Shown piece by piece: positions 10,532-24,066 of a stretch of DNA of 64,000 bases. Positions within the stretch are counted from its first letter, which is position 1. Each line of letters opens with the position of its first letter. The position numbers and the translations under genes were made by a program. The stretch comes from Alkalispirochaeta sp. (GTDB lineage: Bacteria > Spirochaetota > Spirochaetia > DSM-27196 > Alkalispirochaetaceae), in assembly GCA_965601925.1 (NCBI GenBank), contig OZ271854.1, forward strand, positions 1,600,001-1,664,000. The letters run 5' to 3'. Below the pieces are notes generated by a model that did no database searches, was not told the DNA's origin, and saw only the letters and a list, made by a program, of their open reading frames with translations.

Positions 10532-12043
10532 GTGATAGACCAGATACTTCGAAACGTACCGTCGCCGACGGTCGGATTGCAGCGACCATCGGACGCTCTC
10601 GATCCCGACGCCTGTTATAGGGCGGTGTTGTCGCGGGACGTGCGATTCGACGGGCGGTTTTATACCGCCGTGCGCACCACCGGCATCTACTGTCGCCCCG
10701 TCTGTCCCGCTCCGACGCCGAAGCGTGAGAACTGCATCTGGTATCCGAGTGCCGCCGCTGCGCAAGCCGCAGGCTTCAGGCCCTGTCTGCGGTGCCGACC
10801 CGAACTCGCTCCCGCCGGGGCGTGGAGCGACGAGGATCGACTCGTGCAGCGGGCCATGGCGCTCATCGTCGACGGGATCGCCGATGGGGACGACTTCAGT
10901 GTGCCGCGCCTTGCCGAACTGGTAGACGTAAACGAGCGTACGCTGCGGCGCCTTTTCGAACACCACGTGGGCGCGTCGCCCAAACAGGTTCTCGTCGCTC
11001 ACAGAACGCTCTTTGCCAAGGCCTTGGTCGTCGATTCGACGCTCTCTATGGCCGAGATCGCCTTTGCCTCGGGGCACGGAAGCGTTCGCCGGTTCAATGC
11101 GGCGTTTCGCGCCATGTTCGACCGCCCACCGAGTGAAATCAGACGCACCGTCGGACGCACACCGATACGGGTCGGCGGCGAGTCGCACGCGTTCACCGTG
11201 TTGCGCGTGCCGTATCGGCGCCCCTTTCGATGGGAGGACATGCTTTCGTTTTTCGCTTCCCGGGCAATTCCGGGAGTCGAGGAGGTCCGCGACGGTGTAT
11301 GGCGGCGCGCCGTACGCGTAGGCGACGCTCTCGGAGTCGTCGAAGTGCACGACGACCAAGCGATGTCCACGCTCGTAGCGCACGTCTCGCTCTCGGACGT
11401 GCGCCTCCTCGCGGCGGTGAGAAATCGCATCGGCCGGGTGTTCGATGTCGAGGCCGACCCGGAACGAATCGATCAGGTCCTCGCCGCCGATCCCTCTTTA
11501 GCGGATGACGTCGCCGCGCGACCGGGGGTGCGCATACCCGGATCGTGGGACAGCTTCGAGACGGTCGTACGCGCCGTAGTGGGTCAGCAGATAAGCGTCG
11601 CCGGCGCACGCACCCTTGTCGGCCGCATCGCCTCGACGTGGGGAACTCCGCTACCCGGTGTTGAAGGTGACGGTGTCCGCATCGTCTTTCCCGATCCGGC
11701 GACGCTCGAAGAGGCCGAGTTGGAGTCGGTGGGCATCATTCGCTCGCGTGCGCATACGATTCGTACCGTTGCGAAGATGCTTCGTGCCGACCCAGCTCTC
11801 TTATCGCCGCGGCGACCTACCGAGGAGGTCGTCGAGCGACTCCTCGAGGTTCGCGGTATCGGTCCGTGGACCGCCCAGTACATCGCTTTGCGAGGTTTAC
11901 AAGACCCCGACGCCTTTCCCGCCGGCGATCTGGGGCTTCGGCGCGCGCTCGATGTGGACGACCTGACCGCCGTTGCGGAACGGTGGCGGCCGTGGAGAGG
12001 ATACGCCGCGGTGCGGTTGTGGACCCGCGGAGTGACGAGTTGA
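10532..12043 (+). CDS. alkA: Ada Zn-binding/AraC-HTH + AlkA DNA-3-methyladenine glycosylase fusion
   Basis: TTGIYCRPVC...GFRPCLRC Zn motif, AraC HTH, HhH-GPD motif GIGPWTA...DAFPAGD; start uncertain. Confidence 0.9.
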   Translation: MIDQILRNVPSPTVGLQRPSDALDPDACYRAVLSRDVRFDGRFYTAVRTTGIYCRPVCPAPTPKRENCIWYPSAAAAQAAGFRPCLRCRPELAPAGAWSDEDRLVQRAMALIVDGIADGDDFSVPRLAELVDVNERTLRRLFEHHVGASPKQVLVAHRTLFAKALVVDSTLSMAEIAFASGHGSVRRFNAAFRAMFDRPPSEIRRTVGRTPIRVGGESHAFTVLRVPYRRPFRWEDMLSFFASRAIPGVEEVRDGVWRRAVRVGDALGVVEVHDDQAMSTLVAHVSLSDVRLLAAVRNRIGRVFDVEADPERIDQVLAADPSLADDVAARPGVRIPGSWDSFETVVRAVVGQQISVAGARTLVGRIASTWGTPLPGVEGDGVRIVFPDPATLEEAELESVGIIRSRAHTIRTVAKMLRADPALLSPRRPTEEVVERLLEVRGIGPWTAQYIALRGLQDPDAFPAGDLGLRRALDVDDLTAVAERWRPWRGYAAVRLWTRGVTS

Positions 12044-12071
12044 CCACTACGATCGTAAGGAGAATACCGCG

Positions 12072-12632
12072 ATGACGAACCCGACCATACGATATGACGG
12101 CGGATCTCTGGCCGCCTCTACGATGACCACACCGGTGGGCAACATTGTGGCGGTGGTGGATTGCGATATGAACCGCGCACTGGTACGCCTCGATTTCGCG
12201 CATCCCGACGATGTCATCGGCGTCGACAGATGGAAAGGACTCCCCGTCAGGTGGGACGCCGCCGCGGCTGCACATGTCATGACGCAGGTTGAGGAGTACT
12301 TTGCCGGCACGCGACCCGTGTTCGATCTCGTTTTGGCGCAACCCTACGGAGGCGCATTTGATCGGGAGGTGTGGCGGGAGCTCCCGAAGTTGGCGCCCTT
12401 CGGTGCGACGGTAACCTACGGTGAGATCGCGAAGCTTCTCGGTCGACCGGGTGCGGCGCGCGCCGTCGGTCGTGCTAATGCCACCAACCCCATAAGCCTC
12501 GTCGTCCCGTGCCATCGCGTCGTGGGAGCCGGTGGACGCCTGGTCGGATACGGCGGGGGCGAAGGCGTAGCGACGAAACGAGCACTTTTGAACCACGAGG
12601 CGTTACACACCGACGAGTTGTTCCAGTCTTGA
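12072..12632 (+). CDS. ogt: Methylated-DNA--protein-cysteine methyltransferase
   Basis: TYGEIA, ARAVG, NPISLVVPCHRV active site. Confidence 0.93.
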   Translation: MTNPTIRYDGGSLAASTMTTPVGNIVAVVDCDMNRALVRLDFAHPDDVIGVDRWKGLPVRWDAAAAAHVMTQVEEYFAGTRPVFDLVLAQPYGGAFDREVWRELPKLAPFGATVTYGEIAKLLGRPGAARAVGRANATNPISLVVPCHRVVGAGGRLVGYGGGEGVATKRALLNHEALHTDELFQS

Positions 12633-12807
12633 GGCGGGACCGGGGACGAGTGCGCGTGGACCGTCGTATACCGGAATCGTGGGATGAAGCACGGAGGGTT
12701 ACGATAGCTCTCCGGACGTCGCCCCGTACGCGAGAATCGCGCGCCGGGGCGCTCGGTCGACTCCGGAACTGTGACTTCCAGTAGTCCGGCTTCGATCCCC
12801 GTCCACG

Positions 12808-15045
12808 CTATGTATTAAGATCTCGCAACAAAGCGTCGGTTTCGTCCGGGTTCAGGCCGCCGAACATAACGATCACTTTCAGTGTGAAGCTCTCGGTCAT
12901 CTCGCGCACGCTTTCGGGATAGGCGGCGTCCGGGGATGTGAACAACGCTGTCATCTTCTCCACCAACGGCGCGAGACGGTCGACGGCGACGGGGTGCTTG
13001 AGGATATCGCTCAACGGCGTATTGATGGTGTACTCGATCTTGACCGGCACGGTCGATGCGACGTGAACCGACGTCCTAAGCGGGAGTGTTCGAGAACTGG
13101 AACCGACGAGTATCTCGAAGTCCCCCGTCTCTACGTGCCAATCGCGGATGTCGACGTTGTAATAGGCGAAGGCGCGCTTATTCAGCGTGAAACGAATCTC
13201 CGTCCGCTCTCCCGGCGCGAGATCGACCTTCTCGAACCCTTTGAGCTCCTTCTCCGGCCGATTGACCGTGGACTCGATGTCTCTGATGTATAGTTGTACG
13301 ACCTCTTTTCCGGCACGCGCGCCGGTGTTTGCCACCGTAACGAACACGGATAGTTCCTCCTCGTCGGTGATGCGTTCTTTGTCCACTCGGATGGTCTCGT
13401 AGGCGAAGGTCGTGTAGCTCAGGCCGTGGCCGAACGGAAAGAGGGGCGTGCATTTTTTGGCGTCGTAGTAACGGTAGCCTACGAATACACCCTCGCGGTA
13501 GGTTACCGTGTTTCCCTCGGAACCGAAGAGCGAAGCCGGAGTATCTTCGAGCCTCTTGGGAAAGGTCTCCGCGAGCTTGCCCGACGGGTTGGTGCGTCCG
13601 TAGAGGACGTCGGCGATCGCGCCGCCGCCGGCCTGCCCGCCGAGATACCCCTCCACCACCGCTTCTACGCGAGCGACCCACGGCATCTCCACCGCGCTGC
13701 CGTTGGAGAGTACGACGACCACCGGCGTGTCGGTCGCCGCGAGCGCCTCGATGAGCCGGTTCTGATTGGCCGGTAGGCGCAGGTGCTTTCTGTCGTACCC
13801 TTCCGACTCGTAACTCGCCGGGAGGCCGGCGCATACGACGACGACATCGCTCCGTTTCGCCGCGGTAATCGCCTCGCGCTCCAGGGACTCGTCCGGTAGC
13901 TCCGAGGCGAGATCGTATCCTCGGGCGTACGTTACCGCGCCGTGAGGGCGCATCTCTTCCCATGTGTTGTGAAGGTAGGTCGGGTTGATGTGGGAGCTCC
14001 CGCCACCCTGATAGCGCGGAGCCTTCGCAAGCTCACCAACGACTGCGACGGCTTGGTGCGACGCGAGCGGCAGTACCTCTTCGTCGTTTTTGAGCAGTAT
14101 CGTGCATTCCCCGGCGACCTCGCGGGCGAGGCGATCGTGCTCCTCGAGGTCGTAGCGTGTGATGTCCGGGCGTTGTTCGGCTTTTTTCAGAAAGACGAGT
14201 ATACGTCGCACCGCGGTGTCCAGCGCTGCCTCATCGAGTTCTCCTCGTCTCACCGCCTCCACGATCTTGGCGTCGTTCCTGCCGTTGGTGCCCGGCATCT
14301 CAAGATCCAGCCCGGCCTTGATTCCCTCTACACGGTCGTTCTCCGCACCCCAGTCGGAAACCACAAAGCCCCCATACTTCCACTCCTCGCGGAGGATCCG
14401 CGTCAGGAGATAGACATTGTCGGAGCAGTAGGTGCCGTCCAGCTTGTTGTACGCGCTCATGATCGACCACGGTGCCGCCTTGCGCACCGCCCCTTCGAAA
14501 CTGGCGAGGTATATCTCTCGAAGTGTTCGCTCGTCGACGAGCGTATCGATGCACACTCGGCGGTACTCCTGATTGTTGGCAACAAAGTGCTTCACGGAGG
14601 TACCGACACCCCGGCTTTGTACACCGTCGATATAGCTCGCGGCCATCTCGGTGGAGAGAAACGGATCCTCGGAGTAATACTCGAAGTTTCGCCCGCACAA
14701 CGGAGTTCTCTTGATATTTACCCCGGGACCGAGAAGTATCGCGACGTTCTCGGTCGCCGCCTCCTCGCCCAGAGCAACACCGACCCTCCGCATGAGCGCT
14801 CTGTCCCACGACGATGCCAGCGCCGAACCCGATGGGAAGCACGTCGCCGGAATCGATTCCAGGAGGCCGACGTGATCCGATGAGGCCTTTTGCTTGCGCA
14901 GGCCGTGAGGGCCGTCGGTCACCATTACCGACGGTACGCCGAGGCGCTCGATCGGTTTGGTCGTCCACATGTCGCGTCCCGAGCAGAGAGACGCCTTCTC
15001 CTCCAGCGTAAGCTTGGAAACAATCGTATCGATATCGTGGTTCAT
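12808..15045 (-). CDS. Glycoside hydrolase family 3 beta-glucosidase with Fn3-like domain
   Basis: TDGPHG, GRNFEYYSEDP, KHF, VSDW nucleophile, ESEGYDR; no signal peptide. Confidence 0.93.
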   Translation of the reverse strand: MNHDIDTIVSKLTLEEKASLCSGRDMWTTKPIERLGVPSVMVTDGPHGLRKQKASSDHVGLLESIPATCFPSGSALASSWDRALMRRVGVALGEEAATENVAILLGPGVNIKRTPLCGRNFEYYSEDPFLSTEMAASYIDGVQSRGVGTSVKHFVANNQEYRRVCIDTLVDERTLREIYLASFEGAVRKAAPWSIMSAYNKLDGTYCSDNVYLLTRILREEWKYGGFVVSDWGAENDRVEGIKAGLDLEMPGTNGRNDAKIVEAVRRGELDEAALDTAVRRILVFLKKAEQRPDITRYDLEEHDRLAREVAGECTILLKNDEEVLPLASHQAVAVVGELAKAPRYQGGGSSHINPTYLHNTWEEMRPHGAVTYARGYDLASELPDESLEREAITAAKRSDVVVVCAGLPASYESEGYDRKHLRLPANQNRLIEALAATDTPVVVVLSNGSAVEMPWVARVEAVVEGYLGGQAGGGAIADVLYGRTNPSGKLAETFPKRLEDTPASLFGSEGNTVTYREGVFVGYRYYDAKKCTPLFPFGHGLSYTTFAYETIRVDKERITDEEELSVFVTVANTGARAGKEVVQLYIRDIESTVNRPEKELKGFEKVDLAPGERTEIRFTLNKRAFAYYNVDIRDWHVETGDFEILVGSSSRTLPLRTSVHVASTVPVKIEYTINTPLSDILKHPVAVDRLAPLVEKMTALFTSPDAAYPESVREMTESFTLKVIVMFGGLNPDETDALLRDLNT

Positions 15046-15266
15046 TGTGTGCTCCTGTTCTATCTTGTCGATCATGCGTTAGACGTCCGAAAACAGCGCT
15101 CCATGATCCCCTCCTGCTATGCATCGACTCGCCGTACCGGTCTGCGGGATTGTCGGGTATACTTTCGGCAACGATGCATCGTGACGGCTCTTATGGTACG
15201 CGCGTCCTCAGGTCGCGCTATCACGATCGTTACCGCTTTTGGTCTCCTTTTTACCGGTGGTGACGT

Positions 15267-16109
15267 ATGTACATGGGAAGCGTTTCGTTTGAGGATATCG
15301 GCGGCTCTCAGGATATGCGGGATATCCTCCGAAAAGGCCTGTCTCGCGATGAGGTGCGCGCCGGTGAGGCGTCGCACTATCCGTACGAGCTCGAAAAGAG
15401 GCTGTACGCCGCGATGCTCGAAGGCGATCTGGACGGCATTCGGGCGGTAAGCAAAGAGTACGGACGCTTTCCGACATCGGTTCTCTGTGAAGGCAACCCC
15501 ATTCGCTCGTTGAAAAACATGATGATTTGCAACTGCGCACTCATCACCAGGATCATGATTCAAGCGGGTCTACACCACACCCATGCGTATTTCTTGAGCG
15601 ATTCCTATATCAATAAAATAGAATCTCTCCACGATAGAGATTCATTGATTTATCTTAATAGTGTCATGATCTTAGATTTCATGGCGGTTATCAAGCACAA
15701 CGTCGTCTCGCATCGTACCGCCGCCTCTCCCCTCGTTCGTAACGCGGTAAGCTACATCGAGGAGCACGTGTACGAGACGATATCTCTGGAATGCGCCGCC
15801 GTCGCGTTACACGCAAACAGCAGCTATCTTTCGCGAGTATTCAAACGCGAGATGAGCGTCTCCTTCACCGAGTATGCTCACAGAAGCCGCATCAAAAAGG
15901 CGGAGCAGTTGTTGCTTTTGACCGACGTACCGATCGCCTCGATTGCAATCGACCTGGGATACTCGTCGCAAAGCCATTTCACCAAGACGTTTAAGCGCAT
16001 TTGCGGCACGACGCCCCATCGATATCGGCTCGACCGCGCCGCCGGTCAGTTGCCGGTGACCGACCGCGCGTCACGGTCCCAATCGCCTCGTCGACTATCG
16101 AACGCGTAG
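15267..16109 (+). CDS. AraC family transcriptional regulator
   Basis: C-terminal double HTH (YLSRVFKRE...LGYSSQSHFTKTFKRICGTTP); divergent from the GH3 gene. Confidence 0.9.
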   Translation: MYMGSVSFEDIGGSQDMRDILRKGLSRDEVRAGEASHYPYELEKRLYAAMLEGDLDGIRAVSKEYGRFPTSVLCEGNPIRSLKNMMICNCALITRIMIQAGLHHTHAYFLSDSYINKIESLHDRDSLIYLNSVMILDFMAVIKHNVVSHRTAASPLVRNAVSYIEEHVYETISLECAAVALHANSSYLSRVFKREMSVSFTEYAHRSRIKKAEQLLLLTDVPIASIAIDLGYSSQSHFTKTFKRICGTTPHRYRLDRAAGQLPVTDRASRSQSPRRLSNA

Positions 16110-16120
16110 GGAAAAGCCAG

Positions 16121-18094
<1,974 letters not shown>

Positions 18095-18171
18095 CGAGTG
18101 GGCGCGGCTCGATATGCACGCGGCCGGACGAGGCCGCCCAGCCGGATTTCGCAAAAGACAGGAGTTGAAGA

Positions 18172-20667
18172 GTGTCCGATCAGCCAACAACGGGACGGGT
18201 GATTCCCGTTGCCATAGAAGACGAGGTCAAGGAGAGCTACCTCAACTACGCGATGTCGGTCATCGTGAGCCGCGCGCTCCCCGACGCGCGCGACGGCCTC
18301 AAGCCGGTACATCGTCGCATTCTCTACGGCATGAGTGTCATGGGATTGCGCTCCGATCGTCCCTACAAGAAGGCGGGGCGCGTCGTCGGTGACGTACTCG
18401 GTAAGTACCACCCCCACGGCGACCAAAGTATTTACGACGCATTGGTACGCCTCGCGCAAGATTTCTCCATGCGGTATCCCGCCGTCGACGGGCAGGGTAA
18501 CTTCGGCTCGGTAGACGGCGACCCGCCGGCGGCGATGCGCTACACCGAGGCGCGTATGCACAAGATCGCCGAGGAGATGCTCCGGGATATCAATAAGGAG
18601 ACGGTCGATTTCGGCCCCAATTACGACGACTCCGACGAGGAGCCGCTCGTTCTACCCGCCGCATTTCCGTATCTGCTCGCAAACGGGGCGTCGGGAATCG
18701 CCGTCGGTATGGCGACCAATATCCCGCCGCATAACCTTCGGGAGATCGCCGACGCGGTGGCCGCCACCCTCGACAACGACGACATAACGAATGATGAATT
18801 AATCAAATATATCAAAGGTCCCGATTTTCCAACCGGGGGCATCATTTACGGCCATCGCGGTATTCGCAGCGCGTATCTCACGGGACGCGGGCGCATCGTC
18901 GTTCGGTCGCGCTTTGTCATCGAAGAGAGTAAGCGCGGCCGCGATGTGATCGTGGTCAACGAGATTCCCTACATGGTGAATAAGGCGACGCTCATTACGC
19001 GCATCGCCGATCTCGTACGGGATCGCAAGATCGACGGCATCGCCGATCTCCGCGACGAGTCGGACCGCAACGGCATGCGGATCATTATCGAGCTCAAGAA
19101 GGACACCAACGTCAAGGTGATCCTTAACCAGCTGTTCACCCATACTCAGATGCAGGTCAACTTCAACGTTAACGCGTTGGCGTTGCTCGACGGACGCCCC
19201 AAGGTGCTCACCGTCGGTGACATGGTCAAATCGTTCATCCGCCATCGCCACGAAGTGGTCGTCCGTCGGACGCAGTTCGACCTGCGCAAGGCCGAGGAGC
19301 GCGAACACATCCTGATCGGCCTCAAGATCGCTCTGGACAACATCGATGAGGTGATTCGTATCATTCGCGAGTCCGCCGATGTCGAGTCGGCCCGGAACGC
19401 ACTCATGGCGACCTTCGAACTCTCCGAGCGGCAGGCTCAGGCGATTCTCGACATGCGACTGCAGAAGCTTACCAGCCTTGAGACCAAGAAGATCATCGAA
19501 GAGTTGGAAGAGGTCCGCGCTCTTATCCGCGAACTTCGCGAACTTCTCGGCAGCGAGCAGAAGCTGCGCGATCTTATTAAGCGCGAAACGTATGAGATCG
19601 CCGAGAAGCACGGCGACGAGCGTCGCACCGCAATCGAGCCCGATGAGATCGAGGCGATCGATATCGAGGATCTGATTCAGAAAGAGGACATGGTCGTACT
19701 CATGAGCAACCGCGGCTATATCAAGCGTCTGCCGTTCTCCTCGTATCGTACTCAGGGGCGCGGAGGCCGCGGGCTCAACTCATCGAGTAACCTGAGAGAT
19801 GACGACTTTATCGAGCACGTTTTCATCGGTTCTACCCACGACCACGTACTCTTTTTCACCAGCGCCGGCAAGGTGTACTATCTCAAGGTCCACGAGATAC
19901 CCGAAGCGTCGCGACAAGCCAAAGGAACGCACATCAAGAGTCTCCTGGAGATCGCCGCCGACGAGGATATCGCCTCAGTTCTGCCGCTCAGGGATTTCGA
20001 CCCCGAGGTAAATATCTTCTTTGCCACCTCAAAGGGACAGGTCGTCAAGATCAAGTCCAATGCGTTTGTCAACGCGCGACGCCGGGGAATTCGGGCGGTA
20101 CAGCTCGTCGAGGGCGATCGTCTCGTCACGGTGTTGATCACCAGTGGGCAGGACAATTTGCTACTGGTGAGTCGTCACGGACAGGGATTGCGATTCTCCG
20201 AGGACGAGGTGCGTACCATGGGTCGCAATACGCGCGGCGTCCGTGGTCTCAACCTTCGTCGGGGAGATGAGATTGCCGGGGTGTGTATCGCGCCAGACGG
20301 CGGTCATGTGCTGCTCATCACGGAGCACGGCTCCGGCAAACGGACGCCCTTCTCGGAGTTCACGCTTCACGGCCGTGGCGGTCAGGGGATGCGCGCGTTC
20401 TCCGTTCTGGAGGCGACCGATGAGAGCACCGGCACCGGCGAGGTCGTTGCGGTACTACCGGTGGCCGACGGTGACGATTTCATCGCCGTGTCGGGCCAGG
20501 GCGTGACGATTCGTCTCCGCGCCGAGGATGTATCCATCCAAGGGCGCGCCGCTCGAGGCGTTAACGTTATGAATGTCGTCCCGCCGGACTACGTCGTGGG
20601 TGTTGCGAAACTCGACCTCGACGACGAGGCGGAAGAGGAGAACGGTGCATCGGACGGGCCCTCGTAG
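18172..20667 (+). CDS. gyrA: DNA gyrase subunit A
   Basis: [20 protein letters not shown] catalytic Tyr, and GyrA-box QGRGGRG, which distinguishes it from ParC. Confidence 0.97.
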   Translation: MSDQPTTGRVIPVAIEDEVKESYLNYAMSVIVSRALPDARDGLKPVHRRILYGMSVMGLRSDRPYKKAGRVVGDVLGKYHPHGDQSIYDALVRLAQDFSMRYPAVDGQGNFGSVDGDPPAAMRYTEARMHKIAEEMLRDINKETVDFGPNYDDSDEEPLVLPAAFPYLLANGASGIAVGMATNIPPHNLREIADAVAATLDNDDITNDELIKYIKGPDFPTGGIIYGHRGIRSAYLTGRGRIVVRSRFVIEESKRGRDVIVVNEIPYMVNKATLITRIADLVRDRKIDGIADLRDESDRNGMRIIIELKKDTNVKVILNQLFTHTQMQVNFNVNALALLDGRPKVLTVGDMVKSFIRHRHEVVVRRTQFDLRKAEEREHILIGLKIALDNIDEVIRIIRESADVESARNALMATFELSERQAQAILDMRLQKLTSLETKKIIEELEEVRALIRELRELLGSEQKLRDLIKRETYEIAEKHGDERRTAIEPDEIEAIDIEDLIQKEDMVVLMSNRGYIKRLPFSSYRTQGRGGRGLNSSSNLRDDDFIEHVFIGSTHDHVLFFTSAGKVYYLKVHEIPEASRQAKGTHIKSLLEIAADEDIASVLPLRDFDPEVNIFFATSKGQVVKIKSNAFVNARRRGIRAVQLVEGDRLVTVLITSGQDNLLLVSRHGQGLRFSEDEVRTMGRNTRGVRGLNLRRGDEIAGVCIAPDGGHVLLITEHGSGKRTPFSEFTLHGRGGQGMRAFSVLEATDESTGTGEVVAVLPVADGDDFIAVSGQGVTIRLRAEDVSIQGRAARGVNVMNVVPPDYVVGVAKLDLDDEAEEENGASDGPS

Positions 20668-20675
20668 CCCCACCG

Positions 20676-21272
20676 ATGCGCGTTCCACGAGGAACATCCC
20701 GGTACGAATATACCGTCAAACGCTCACGCTTCATTGGGCAAGCGTGGGCGGTAACTGATCGCCGCTCTGTCGAGCGGATCGTTGCCGCTCTTCGAAGCGA
20801 GCGTCTCGACGCCACCCACGTCGTATACGCGTTTGTCATCGGTGACACGCGCTCGCAGATTTCTGGTCTGTCCGACGACGGTGAGCCCCATGGAACCGCC
20901 GGACGTCCCATTCTCGACATCCTCAAAGGTAGCGGCATTATCGATTGCCTCGTCACGGTGGTGCGGTACTTTGGAGGTACAAAGTTGGGCACCGGCGGGC
21001 TCGTTCACGCATATGGAGATGCGGCTCGAGGGTGTCTTGCGTTATTGGCGATCCGGGCGAAACGCGACCTCCGAGCCGGCTTCGTTACGTGTTCGTATCC
21101 ACTACTCACCGTCGTACGGACGATTCTCGGGGATTTTCACGCAGAAGTAACGGCAGAGACCTTCAATGAAGCGGTTACGATAGGTTTTCTTCTTGAGCGA
21201 GGACATGAAGAGCGGTTGAGCGCGGCGCTAAAGAATGTTTCACGTGGAACACTTTCGCCGTGTTTCACGTGA
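20676..21272 (+). CDS. YigZ/IMPACT family protein
   Basis: VKRSRF, SDDGEPHGTAG, VVRYFGGTKLGTGGLV motifs. Confidence 0.92.
   Translation: MRVPRGTSRYEYTVKRSRFIGQAWAVTDRRSVERIVAALRSERLDATHVVYAFVIGDTRSQISGLSDDGEPHGTAGRPILDILKGSGIIDCLVTVVRYFGGTKLGTGGLVHAYGDAARGCLALLAIRAKRDLRAGFVTCSYPLLTVVRTILGDFHAEVTAETFNEAVTIGFLLERGHEERLSAALKNVSRGTLSPCFT
21236..21251. promoter_or_regulatory. parS: parS centromere site 1
   Basis: TGTTTCACGTGGAACA matches the widespread parS consensus. Confidence 0.9.
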
Positions 21273-21276
21273 AACA
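21261..21276. promoter_or_regulatory. parS: parS centromere site 2
   Basis: Perfect palindrome TGTTTCACGTGAAACA. Confidence 0.93.
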
Positions 21277-21311
21277 TTCGACCGCCGCGGTGAGCGCGTC
21301 GCCGGTGCGTA

Positions 21312-22382
21312 CTACGCTTCGTTTCGGTTCTTCGACCGAAAGGTTTTTACGACTTTCTCGTAGCGTCGTCGTACGTCGCGTTTTTCGGTGTCGCTGAGAA
21401 ACGATCCTTCGATCGCCGTCACGTTGAGCGCGACAAGATCGTCGACCGACAAATCGAAGTATGCACACGCCTTCATGTAGTCGTCGGTGAGATCGGTGTC
21501 TTGAATCGTCGGATCGTCGGAGTTGATGGTCACCGGAACGCCGTTACGATAGAGTCGGCCTAACGGATGGTTGCGTTCGTCGACCCACGAACCGGTCTGA
21601 TAGTTGGACGTTATACACTGTTCCAGGACGATTCCGTCGTCGATGAGCCGCTTCTGGAGCTCCGGGTCGTCGATACTCGATGTGCCGTGTCCGATACGAG
21701 ACGCGTGGAGCTTGTCGATCGAAGCCCACACCTGGGCGGACGGAGATACCTCGCCGGCGTGTACTGTCGATTTGTACACGCCGTCTTTCTTTATGGTGTC
21801 GAAAAACTCGACGAACTGCTCCGGTGGATACTGCGTCTCGTCTCCGGCCAAGTCAATACCGACGATTTCAGGAATCTCGAGATCGCGGATCGTTCGATAG
21901 AGCTCGATCATCTCAAACTGGTTTTGCTTCGCCCGATTGAAGGTGATGAGATACCGAATCAAGGTACCGTTCTTTTCGGCCGCCTCATTCGCCGCACCGA
22001 TTACCAGGCGCGTAATGTCCATTCGGTCAAAGTCGTTATGGAGCGCAAAGTGCTCCGGAGAGAATCTCAGCTCGATATAAAAGAGACCGTCTTCGACGAA
22101 GTCCAAGACCGAATCGTGGACAATTTCGTACACATCGTCGTGCGAGCGGTACCAATCGTTCTTGAACTTGGAAAGGAACTTGAGGAAATCGGGTTCCGAG
22201 TCGCGCGGAAACTGAACCGCTTTCTTGAACGCATCGAAATCCTCGCTGTAGGGTAACCCGTTCTTGATCGCCATGCGATGGAGTGTCGGAAGCGCGAACG
22301 TTCCCTCCAGATGACGATGGAGCTCGACTTTGGGAAACGTTTTTATGATTGCTTTGTTACTTCGGAGATCGCCAGCCGCCAT
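21312..22382 (-). CDS. add: Adenosine deaminase family protein
   Basis: PKVELHRHLEG, VHAGE, RIGHG, NSDDP motifs. Confidence 0.88.
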   Translation of the reverse strand: MAAGDLRSNKAIIKTFPKVELHRHLEGTFALPTLHRMAIKNGLPYSEDFDAFKKAVQFPRDSEPDFLKFLSKFKNDWYRSHDDVYEIVHDSVLDFVEDGLFYIELRFSPEHFALHNDFDRMDITRLVIGAANEAAEKNGTLIRYLITFNRAKQNQFEMIELYRTIRDLEIPEIVGIDLAGDETQYPPEQFVEFFDTIKKDGVYKSTVHAGEVSPSAQVWASIDKLHASRIGHGTSSIDDPELQKRLIDDGIVLEQCITSNYQTGSWVDERNHPLGRLYRNGVPVTINSDDPTIQDTDLTDDYMKACAYFDLSVDDLVALNVTAIEGSFLSDTEKRDVRRRYEKVVKTFRSKNRNEA

Positions 22383-22464
22383 AGTACTTACTCTATCTCG
22401 TTTTATGCGCCGCACAAATTCTCTGCACCTTAATTGTCTTTTCGGCGGATAATCGCGAGAGATT

Positions 22465-22509
22465 AAAAAAAACCGAATGCCGGGCCGTAAAACGGCACGA
22501 TATTCGGTT
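22465..22509 (-). terminator. Rho-independent terminator of the amino-acid ABC operon
   Basis: Hairpin (AACCGAAT...GCCGT AAA ACGGC...ATTCGGTT) followed on the minus strand by a T8 run. Confidence 0.7.
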
Positions 22510-22535
22510 GTTTGCGGTGGTTTGGGAGATTTCGA

Positions 22536-23270
22536 TCACAGGATATGGTTGAGAAACCGCTTGGTGCGCTCCTCAGCAGGATGGTCGAAGAGCTGATCGG
22601 GGGGCCCCATCTCGACCACTTCGCCGTTGTCCATAAACACGACTTTGTCCGCCGCTGCGCGGGCGAAGCCCATCTCGTGCGAGACGACCAGCATGGTCAT
22701 GCCGTCGGTCGCGAGCTGAAGCATGACATCCAAAACTTCCTTAATCATTTCCGGATCGAGGGCGCTCGTCGGTTCGTCAAATAGCATTACCTTCGGATCC
22801 ATGGCGAGGGCACGCGCAATTGCTACGCGTTGCTGTTGGCCTCCCGACAGTTGATCGGGATAGCTTCTCTCCTTATCCGACAGGCCGACCCGCTCGAGCA
22901 GACTTCGCGCGCGGTTGTAGCACGCCTCTTTGTCGGCCCTTTTTACCTTCCTCGGAGCCAGGGCGATGTTGTTGAGCGTCGTGAGATGCGGGAAGAGGTT
23001 GAAGTTCTGAAACACCATCCCTACTTCCTCGCGAATCTGACGAATGTTCCCTCTCGGATCGGTGACCGAATCGTCGTCGATCCAAATTTCGCCCGCACTC
23101 GCCGTTTCCAACCGATTCACACAGCGCAACAACGTACTCTTGCCGCTTCCCGAGGGGCCGATGATCAGGACGACCTCTCCGGGAGCCACATCGAGCGAAA
23201 CGTTGCGTACGGCTTCGACGTCGCCGAAGCGTTTCCAAACGTTCTTTATTCTGATTCTACTATCTGCCAC
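22536..23270 (-). CDS. Polar amino acid ABC transporter ATP-binding protein (GlnQ-like)
   Basis: [26 protein letters not shown]. Confidence 0.95.
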   Translation of the reverse strand: MADSRIRIKNVWKRFGDVEAVRNVSLDVAPGEVVLIIGPSGSGKSTLLRCVNRLETASAGEIWIDDDSVTDPRGNIRQIREEVGMVFQNFNLFPHLTTLNNIALAPRKVKRADKEACYNRARSLLERVGLSDKERSYPDQLSGGQQQRVAIARALAMDPKVMLFDEPTSALDPEMIKEVLDVMLQLATDGMTMLVVSHEMGFARAAADKVVFMDNGEVVEMGPPDQLFDHPAEERTKRFLNHIL

Positions 23271-24066
23271 GGTGTTGAAACCTCTCTTCCATAATCGCCA
23301 CCAGCTTCGAGAAAAAGAGGGTAAATACCAGGTATATCAACGCAACCATAGTATACGCCTCAAAATAAAAAAACGTCGTTGATGCGTATTCGCGGCCGCG
23401 ACGCAACAGATCGCTGACGGCCACGATCGAGACCAGCGAGCTGTCTTTCAGAAGGGCGATGAACTCATTCCCGATGGGCGGGAGAATCATCCGTAGCGTC
23501 TGCGGCAGAATCACGAGTCGAAGCGCCTGTCGGCGGTTCATTCCCAGGGCAAGCGCCGCCTCCATCTGTCCTTTGGGGACCGCCTGGATGCCGGCGCGAA
23601 AAATCTCGCCCATATACGCGCCGTAACAGATCGACATGGCGGTGATCGCCGCGGCGATTCGGTCGAGACTGAGGAAGCGCCCCAGAGCGAAGTAGATATA
23701 AAACAGCTGAACGAGGAGCGGGATACCGCGAATGACCTCGACGTATACCGTGGCGATGCGGTTAATGATCGTAATACGTGAGATACGTCCGATTCCCGTG
23801 ATGAGCCCGATTATCAGCGCAAAAACGATCGAGAGAACCGTCACCTGAAAGGTGCGTAGAATGCCGTCGGGAACAAATAAGAGGATCTCCAGATACGGAT
23901 CCGGTGAAAGGAGCGGCAGAAGCACCAGTAGCGCAAGGGCGCCGAAAAAACTGATGCGCCACGCCGAAAAGACGGAGGCCTCTCCCCTGTCGGGGATCAG
24001 CACTCCGTCGCTAATGGTAATCTGAGTCGCCTTGGGACGACTCGTCTCGCCGTTCAGCGAAGCCAC
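23260..24066 (-). CDS. Polar amino acid ABC transporter permease
   Basis: [34 protein letters not shown]. Confidence 0.93.
   Translation of the reverse strand: MASLNGETSRPKATQITISDGVLIPDRGEASVFSAWRISFFGALALLVLLPLLSPDPYLEILLFVPDGILRTFQVTVLSIVFALIIGLITGIGRISRITIINRIATVYVEVIRGIPLLVQLFYIYFALGRFLSLDRIAAAITAMSICYGAYMGEIFRAGIQAVPKGQMEAALALGMNRRQALRLVILPQTLRMILPPIGNEFIALLKDSSLVSIVAVSDLLRRGREYASTTFFYFEAYTMVALIYLVFTLFFSKLVAIMEERFQHRGR

Noticed and set aside
19680..19710. Internal start for a separately expressed GyrA C-terminal domain (Borrelia Gac-like)
   Set aside because: GAGGA lies 1 nt from one ATG and 13 nt from the next, and no internal promoter was evident.
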